From Myxococcota bacterium (lineage in GTDB: Bacteria > Myxococcota > UBA727 > CAYLZW01), in contig JBMTAX010000001.1 of the NCBI GenBank assembly GCA_049429145.1, forward strand, positions 1-32,918: a stretch of 32,918 bases of DNA, in the 5' to 3' direction. The notes below the pieces were generated by a model, which did not search any database, was not told the DNA's origin, and was given only the letters and a program-made list of their open reading frames with translations. This document shows, piece after piece, positions 27,383 to 32,918 of the stretch. A program made the translations under genes and the position numbers. Every line of letters begins with the position of its first letter. Position 1 is the first letter of the stretch.

Positions 27383-28993
27383 TCACACATCGAGCGCGTC
27401 AAGGTCGAGATCCGCCTCGCCATTGGTCGCAACGCTCGCCTCGGAGAGGAGCTGCAGCGTCTGCTCCGCCGCGGCCCGCGCTTTTGCACGCAAGGCCTCC
27501 GCGGCCTTGAGCTGATGGCGGGCTGCCTGTGCGTCGGCCTGAAGCGCTGCAGCCTTCGCGGAAAGCTCGTCACGCTCTTGTTCCAGGACCGCAAGCGACG
27601 ACGCTTGCTGGGCCAGCTCCGCTCGTGCGCTCTCGACCCGCTCGGTAGCCCGCTGTTCGAGGTCATCCCGCTCTTGTCGCAGCGCCTCGACTTCGGCGGA
27701 CACGCGCGCAAGCTCGGTGTCTTTTTCGGCGAGCGCGTCTTGAAACCCGTGGGCTTCACCGCGGGCAGCATCGATCTGCTCCTGCAGCTCGACAGCGCGC
27801 TTTTCGTGCTCGAAGATCTCATCCTTGAGCTTGTCGAGGTCTTTGTCGCGCGCGCGGACCTGCTCCTTCAGGTTCAAGACCTCTCGCGCAGTGGACGACG
27901 AAGAGGACTGGGTGGAGCTGAGGGTCTCTTGGGCGTTCTTCGCGCTCGACTCTGCCGCCTTCAATCGGGCTTCGAGTTCGGCAACCCGCGCCTTGAGTTC
28001 GGTGTTGTCCCGGCGCAACGACGACAGCGCAGCGAGGTCGTCGCTGCCTACCGGCACCTGCGAGGGTGCGACCGGAGTTTGGCTGCGAGGCGCAGCCACA
28101 GGAGCTGGGTCGAGGTCGAGACCCAGGTCATCGTCAGCGATCCCACCCTCGTCGTCACTCGACGACGCAGCGGCAGCGGCCAGCTCATCGAGCGATGACT
28201 CCTCGAGGGCCTTGTCGAGCAGGGCAGCCTCTCCAAGGTCATCCTCGAGCAGAGCGGGCACATGAGCCGTCATTTGGCCCGCGCCTTCGAGGTCGAGATC
28301 ATCGGGCAGGTCGAGTTCACCGTCGCCGCTCCCCAGCGAGAACTCCTCGTCGTCGGCGTGCACAGAAGTACCCGCGCCTTCATCCCCGAGACCGAGGTCC
28401 TCGTCCGCGCCGAGGCCGAGACCGTCATCGGCGCCCAGGCTGTCGAGCAGAGCTTCCTCGTCGTCCCCAGCGAGCGCTTCATCGGGCCCCGAATCAAGAC
28501 CAGCCAGCAAGGCGTCCGCATCGAGGCCGTCGTCGTCGTCACGCAAAGACGACAAGCCATCGAGGTCAGCCTCCAGGGAGATGGCCTCCACGTCGAGTTC
28601 GCTCGGACCGCCGGTCACCCCCTGGACGGGGGCCAAGGCGGCGACCTTCTCGAGCAGCGCGCCGGGTTCGAAGGGCTTGATGAGGTAGTCTTCGGCGCGT
28701 GTCTTCAGCTTCTTGTGCTGGGCGAAGGTCTCGGGCGTCGCCTCCTTCGAGGTGATGATCAGCGGGATGTCCCTGAGGTCGGCGTCTTTTTTCAGCTTAT
28801 TGCAGATGGAATAGCCACTCATCTTCGGGAGCTCTACGCAGAGCACGATGAGTGAAGGTCGTTGGTCTCGCGCAACCTCGAGTCCTTCTTTGCCGTCGTC
28901 GAGCTGCGTCACCGCGTAGCCTTCGGTCTTGAGAGCAGCGACCAAGTCGCTCGCGAAAGGCTGCTCGGCGTCGATGAGGAGAATTCCGCTCAT
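27383..28993 (-). CDS. frzS: FrzS-like protein: N-terminal pseudo-receiver, acidic linker, long C-terminal coiled coil
   Basis: The N-terminal 120 aa align closely with Myxococcus FrzS as I remember it (SICNKLKKDADLRDIPLII...FAQHKKLKTRAEDYLIKPF). The phospho-acceptor position reads LIVLCVELP (Cys, not Asp). The C-terminal ~230 aa are heptad-rich (ELEARLKAAE..., LEQERDELSAKAAALQ). Confidence 0.8.
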   Translation of the reverse strand: MSGILLIDAEQPFASDLVAALKTEGYAVTQLDDGKEGLEVARDQRPSLIVLCVELPKMSGYSICNKLKKDADLRDIPLIITSKEATPETFAQHKKLKTRAEDYLIKPFEPGALLEKVAALAPVQGVTGGPSELDVEAISLEADLDGLSSLRDDDDGLDADALLAGLDSGPDEALAGDDEEALLDSLGADDGLGLGADEDLGLGDEGAGTSVHADDEEFSLGSGDGELDLPDDLDLEGAGQMTAHVPALLEDDLGEAALLDKALEESSLDELAAAAASSSDDEGGIADDDLGLDLDPAPVAAPRSQTPVAPSQVPVGSDDLAALSSLRRDNTELKARVAELEARLKAAESSAKNAQETLSSTQSSSSSTAREVLNLKEQVRARDKDLDKLKDEIFEHEKRAVELQEQIDAARGEAHGFQDALAEKDTELARVSAEVEALRQERDDLEQRATERVESARAELAQQASSLAVLEQERDELSAKAAALQADAQAARHQLKAAEALRAKARAAAEQTLQLLSEASVATNGEADLDLDALDV

Positions 28994-29251
28994 CCGTACA
29001 CTCCATCAAAGTGGGAGATCACCTTACGCGGAGCAGGGACCGCGCGTCAAAGCGACCCGGGGGACACCACACGAACGACCGTCACGGCGAGCGTCAGCGG
29101 GTTCACCCCCTTCGGCTTTCCAGCGCGCCTTCTCCCTTGGCATGGGCAGGCACCTGCCCGGGCGGCCTCTGCGGTGGGTGGAGCAGCGTTGACGACCGGG
29201 CAGACAAAACCGATGCTGGCCTATGGTTTCATTTAGGAAAGGATCGATGAC

Positions 29252-29578
29252 ATGAGCGCAGGTTCACGGAACGAAGACGAGTTTTTTGCGAGAGAAGATG
29301 CGCTGAAGCTGCAGAAGCTTCACCAGGAGAAGCTGCGCAGCGTCGCCACCCAGGAACGGGAGGCGCAGAAACAGCTCCACCACATGCATTGTCCGAAGTG
29401 CGGCTGGAACCTGCAGACCATCCAGTGGCGTGACGTGGAAGTTGAGAAGTGCCTCGACTGCGGCGCTATCGTCCTCGACGACGGCGAGCTGGAGAAACTA
29501 GCGGGTAGCGAGACGTCGGGCACCTGGGTGCGAGACTTCTTTTCCCTGTTCAGTGGCTCCGAGAAATCCAACTCCTGA
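29252..29578 (+). CDS. Zinc-ribbon (zf-TFIIB-like) domain protein
   Basis: CPKCG...x17...CLDCG forms a four-Cys ribbon followed by VLDDGELEKL. AGGAAAGGA lies upstream of the ATG. Confidence 0.7.
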   Translation: MSAGSRNEDEFFAREDALKLQKLHQEKLRSVATQEREAQKQLHHMHCPKCGWNLQTIQWRDVEVEKCLDCGAIVLDDGELEKLAGSETSGTWVRDFFSLFSGSEKSNS

Positions 29579-29590
29579 GCGAGGGCCGAT

Positions 29591-29627
29591 GCCACGACCG
29601 CCATATGTCCACGATGGCGGGCGTGGC
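29591..29627 (+). terminator. Stem-loop downstream of the zinc-ribbon gene
   Basis: Arms GCCACGACCGCCAT / ATGGCGGGCGTGGC give 13 bp with one A:G mismatch and a 9-nt loop, starting 13 nt after the stop. A second short hairpin (CTGACG/CGTCAG) lies at 29642-29658. Confidence 0.5.
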
Positions 29628-30553
29628 GAGCGGCTGCCACGCTGACGTTCTTCGTCAGTCGATCTCGTCGCGTTCAACGAGGGCCCACGGCCCCCGGTGC
29701 GTGACGTTTTCGGCAGCACAGTGTGGCGTGAGGCCACCGTGCAACATCAAGTCTGACAGTGGTGAGCCGTAGTCGTCGGTCTCGGAGCATGTCCGTTCGG
29801 CTCGACGAGGACTGCGCGGGTGTGCGGGGTCCACGGCGTCGTCATCGTCCACACTGCGCGCTGGAGCCACTGTCGCCACGACCTGCGACCACCGTTGCTG
29901 ACGCGACTCCGCGGCGCCACCCTCGAGGCCGTGACATTCCTTGCGCTCGCGTCACGTGCCTCGCCTCGCTGCCACTGGCCAAAGGGCGCGTGGGGAGTGC
30001 GGCGATCTACCGAGCGCCGCTTGGGTGGGACGCTCGCATTCGTGCCCACGTCGACGTGACGAGCTGCGATGGCAGGCTTCGGGCGAACGAACTGGGGGTT
30101 CGCTGGTGCTCTCGCCCAGCCCCATGATGATGCCTGCTCGAAACGGATGCCTCGTAGAAAAACGCCAGACGGTGCATCGGGCCCCATGACACCCGCATCG
30201 CGCTTGGTGGGCGGCGAGTTGCCATCAGCTGCATCGCGCCCCGGTATCCTCTCCCGCAGATCGCGATGGCAGTCACGTGGAGAGGAGAGCTCGCGTTCCG
30301 ATTGGTGCTGCTCGGTTGGATGCTCTGACGACGAGACCGCCCCTATGCTGCTTCGCCCTTTGCCAACAGAGGATTGCTCCACACCGTCGCTGAACCTCGG
30401 TCTCCCCATGGCTTGCTGAGCATTGCCTGCATGGAGGACAGTGCCTTTTCGTAGGTGACGCTCTTCGACTGCATCTGCGGCTTTGGCCCCGCGAACCACC
30501 GCGTGCCGCCGGTCCTCAGACAACATCGTTCTCGGTACCCCGCGGAAGCACAG

Positions 30554-32713
30554 CTACATCGCAGCAGTAGATGGGGTTCGCGACGCAGCGACGCCATCCG
30601 AGGGCGGCATCGGCCACGACGACAGCACCTGGAACTCCTTCGTCGCGAGCAGGTGGCCCACCAAATCGGCCACGGTGTCCATTCCGATGGGCTTGTAGAG
30701 CAGGTCACTCATGCCGCGGGCCAAACAGTCCTCGCGCAATTGGAATGAGTTGTTGGCAGACATCCCCACAATCGGTGTGTGTAGGTTCACGCTCTCGCTG
30801 CGAATATGATTCGTAGCGTCGAGGCCACTGAGCTCGGGCATCTGGCAGTCGAGGAAGATGAGGTCGAAAGCCTGGGCCCGCGCCAGCGCAACAGCCTTCT
30901 TGCCGTCATCGGTATCGATGACACGGCACCCCACGCGGCTGAGCATGAGACCGAGGACTTTGCGGAGCACTGGATCATCGTCGGCCAACAAAACCAAGGG
31001 CGCGTTACCTGGGCTGGTGCGTGCAGCTGCAGACGCAGCCTTCGATACAGGCACCGCCTCGGAGACATTGGGGAGCACAGCGGAAGGACCTACAAGGGCA
31101 GCCCCATCGGCGGCGACGGGATTCATCCCGACGTCGTCCCCGAGGGGCTTACCGTGGCCCTCGGATGCTTCGATCGCCTGGAGCGAAGGGAGGTCGAACC
31201 AGAAGCACGAGCCCGCTCCTTCTTCGCTCTCGAGGCGCAGCTCGCCTCCCATCGCCCGTACGAGCTCTTCAGAAATCGCGAGCCCAAGGCCACTGCCGCC
31301 GTAGCGGGAAAAAATGGTGTCGTCAGCCTGCTGGAAGCGATGGAAAAGCCGCGCACGCTGCGACGCGCTGACACCGCGTCCGGTATCGGTCACCGAAAAA
31401 CGAACCCTCTCTGTCGCTGCGACAAAGGTCACCTCGACGACGATACTACCCGCGGCGGTGAACTTCACCGCGTTGCTCACGAGATTGGTCAAGACCTGCT
31501 TGATGCGACCCGCGTCGCCGCTCCAGATCGAGGGAGTCTCAGGGTCGACGCGCGCATGCATCGACAGACCCGCTTGGCGGGCGCTCGCCTCGAAGAGCCC
31601 TGTCGTCTCGAGGACGAGCTGTGCCGGTGCGAAGGGATGTCGCTGGAACTCGACACGACCCTTGTCGAGGCGAGCGGCTTCGAGCAGCTCGTCGATGAGG
31701 CGCAGCAAGTCATGAGCCGACCGTTGCATCGTCGCCGCGTGGTCGCGCTGCTCTTCACCGAGTGGCATCCGCAACAGAAGTGCGCCCGCCCCCAAGATCC
31801 CGCTCAAGGGGGTTCGAATCTCGTGGCTTACTGTCGCGAGGAAGTCACTCTTGGCTTCGCTTGCGCGCTCAGCGACTACTTTCGCCCGCTCCAGCTCACG
31901 GGCCTGCAGTTCAATGCGACGAGCGTTGACGGCGCTGATCCAATATTCGTGGTGCAGACGCGGCAACAAGGGGAGAAAGGCACCGCAAAAAACCACCGCG
32001 GCCGCGGCGTAAAACGGTGCGCTCTCATTTTCGAGCAAAAAGAGGCCGATGATCGCAGGAGAAATCAAGACGACGGTGAGGCTCATGGCGGTGCGGAGCA
32101 GCGGACCGTAGGCGAAGACGGTCGCGATGGCCGCGAAGACCAGAGTGGCATGCGCGTTGAAGGCGACCCAATCGTCGCCGTAGAGGGCGCTGGTGGTGAG
32201 CGCGAACCCTGCCCACACCACGGCGGTGGCGAAAATGCCGATGATAAAGAGCCGCAATCGAACGAGATAATTCCATTGAGGGCGCGCACGCAGTGCGTGC
32301 TGCGCAAAGACGCGAAATGCAGCCGCGACACAGAGCAAAGACAGGAAGGTGAAATAGGGAATGGGGTGCGTTCCCGGATAGTCCGTCGCCACCCCGAGCA
32401 GGGTGATCATCGCAAGGAAGAGCGCCGGGGAATAACGGGCTCGTCGCTCCACATAGGCGAGTCCGTCGTCGAGCAATGTGGCGCGATCCGATGGAGACAG
32501 CAGCGCGCTGCCTGGTACCGGCGGGAAGGGGTCCTCGAGATTTCTGCCCTGGCCTTGCCGGTCTGCCACGAAGAGCTCCTCCGTCCCCGCCAAGCGGAGA
32601 GCGCCTGAGAGAATGTCGGGCACTACAGGCTGTGCCAAGAGAGGTACCCGGGGGAAGACGGAGGAATCTAACGGGCGTTTCGCGTGACGAAAGCATTCCC
32701 TCGCCAGCGCCAC
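30554..32713 (-). CDS. Hybrid sensor histidine kinase/response regulator with multi-pass membrane N-terminus
   Basis: H-box FLATVSHEIRTPL, N-box LTNLVSNAVKF, G-box GGSGLGLAISEEL, and a C-terminal receiver (LLADDDP..., DLIFLDCQMPELSG, LYKP). About 5-6 hydrophobic helices lie upstream. The start (GTG 32713) is uncertain. Confidence 0.9.
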   Translation of the reverse strand: MALARECFRHAKRPLDSSVFPRVPLLAQPVVPDILSGALRLAGTEELFVADRQGQGRNLEDPFPPVPGSALLSPSDRATLLDDGLAYVERRARYSPALFLAMITLLGVATDYPGTHPIPYFTFLSLLCVAAAFRVFAQHALRARPQWNYLVRLRLFIIGIFATAVVWAGFALTTSALYGDDWVAFNAHATLVFAAIATVFAYGPLLRTAMSLTVVLISPAIIGLFLLENESAPFYAAAAVVFCGAFLPLLPRLHHEYWISAVNARRIELQARELERAKVVAERASEAKSDFLATVSHEIRTPLSGILGAGALLLRMPLGEEQRDHAATMQRSAHDLLRLIDELLEAARLDKGRVEFQRHPFAPAQLVLETTGLFEASARQAGLSMHARVDPETPSIWSGDAGRIKQVLTNLVSNAVKFTAAGSIVVEVTFVAATERVRFSVTDTGRGVSASQRARLFHRFQQADDTIFSRYGGSGLGLAISEELVRAMGGELRLESEEGAGSCFWFDLPSLQAIEASEGHGKPLGDDVGMNPVAADGAALVGPSAVLPNVSEAVPVSKAASAAARTSPGNAPLVLLADDDPVLRKVLGLMLSRVGCRVIDTDDGKKAVALARAQAFDLIFLDCQMPELSGLDATNHIRSESVNLHTPIVGMSANNSFQLREDCLARGMSDLLYKPIGMDTVADLVGHLLATKEFQVLSSWPMPPSDGVAASRTPSTAAM

Positions 32714-32918
32714 TCAACGAGGACTCGCTGCCACGCCCTCGAAAGAAAGGAAGACCTCCGCGCCTGGCATCACCTCGACGAGATGATTGCGTCCTCCATC
32801 GCTGTCCCACCAGACTCGTCCGTCTTTGGCCTCGATCCGGAACCATAGCTGCAAGATGCCCTGGGCGCCGGGCGGCAAAAGGAGGGTGACTTGCTCAGTC
32901 ACCAAAGCTCGTGAACCC
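32714..32918 (-). CDS. Partial ORF (5' end beyond the window), possible beta-sandwich carbohydrate-binding-like domain
   Basis: The frame is open to the window edge. The sequence LLLPPGAQGILQLWFRIEAKDGRVWWDSDGGRNHLVEV is reminiscent of W-D-N-N-G-G-x-N-Y type starch/glycogen-binding modules. The similarity is weak and judged by eye. Confidence 0.4.
   Translation of the reverse strand, partial: GSRALVTEQVTLLLPPGAQGILQLWFRIEAKDGRVWWDSDGGRNHLVEVMPGAEVFLSFEGVAASPR

Noticed and set aside
26177-28198. 673-aa plus-strand ORF
   Set aside because: It is antisense to galU and the frzS-like gene, Arg/Gly/Leu-rich, and has no domain signature. This is a classic shadow ORF of high-GC coding DNA. The same reasoning rejects 30806-32608 (+, antisense to the kinase), 16767-18068 (+, antisense to rseP), 11938-13056 (-, antisense to selO), 13716-14642 and 14519-15469 (-, antisense to manC/manB), 3647-4486 (-, antisense to katG) and 5400-6155 (-).
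28300-28560. Repetitive CCGAG/GTCGTC-rich DNA suggesting a tandem repeat
   Set aside because: It is the coding sequence of the acidic D/E/G/L low-complexity linker of the frzS-like protein. The repeat is imperfect and has no defined unit, so it is not a repeat element.
29138-29152. Sigma-54-like TGGCAT...GC element upstream of the zinc-ribbon gene
   Set aside because: The GG-to-GC spacing is one base short of the -24/-12 consensus and the -12 region is not TTGC-like.
29747-30526. 259-aa minus-strand ORF filling the orphan region
   Set aside because: The composition is Arg/Ser/Pro-rich and I recognise no motif. Its third-position G/C fraction is about that of the bulk DNA (86 of 259 A/T-ending codons by hand count). 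It looks like a chance open frame in GC-rich sequence.
31811-31820. GGTTCGAATC, a tRNA T-arm-like sequence
   Set aside because: It lies inside the hybrid kinase H-box. On the minus strand it encodes SHEIRTPL. There is no surrounding cloverleaf (acceptor or anticodon stems), so it is a coincidence of coding sequence.
1-32918. Scan of both strands for CRISPR arrays, IS/transposase or integrase genes, rRNA/tRNA genes, toxin-antitoxin pairs and known defence-gene signatures
   Set aside because: I could see nothing with regularly spaced direct repeats, terminal inverted repeats, DDE/tyrosine-recombinase motifs or RNA-gene hallmarks. A by-eye scan cannot exclude small or degenerate elements.

Overview
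This is a gene-dense, high-GC window with about 27 protein-coding features on both strands. I found no rRNA, tRNA, CRISPR array, transposase or integrase. The content looks like ordinary core chromosome of a Myxococcota-like bacterium. That placement is an inference from a FrzS-type pseudo-receiver/coiled-coil protein, a PDZ-expanded RseP, many lipoprotein-type signal peptides and very GC-rich third codon positions. Left to right the window holds: an ABC ATPase, ABC-2 permease and unknown exported protein; an exported KatG; a DUF1622 protein and an alpha/beta hydrolase; a minus-strand three-gene envelope operon (lipoprotein, long YidD-domain protein, TPR/TM protein) divergent from a DUF4105-like gene; selO; manC-manB; rseP; an aldehyde dehydrogenase; lipoprotein genes and a GIY-YIG gene; gdh; a beta-barrel OMP; a histidine kinase; a LolA-like gene, galU and a frzS-like gene; a zinc-ribbon gene; about 0.9 kb with no convincing gene; and a hybrid histidine kinase with a partial upstream ORF. 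I could not identify a clear defence, mobile or biosynthetic system. The most system-like uncharacterised candidate is the translationally coupled YidD-domain envelope operon (6904-10558). Two housekeeping genes carry reading-frame lesions: selO has an in-frame TAG and galU has a 1-nt frameshift. These are either real gene decay or sequence errors. KatG, the orphan region and the hybrid kinase show weaker GC3 bias than their neighbours in my hand counts. All family assignments come from motif recognition by eye; no database search was run.
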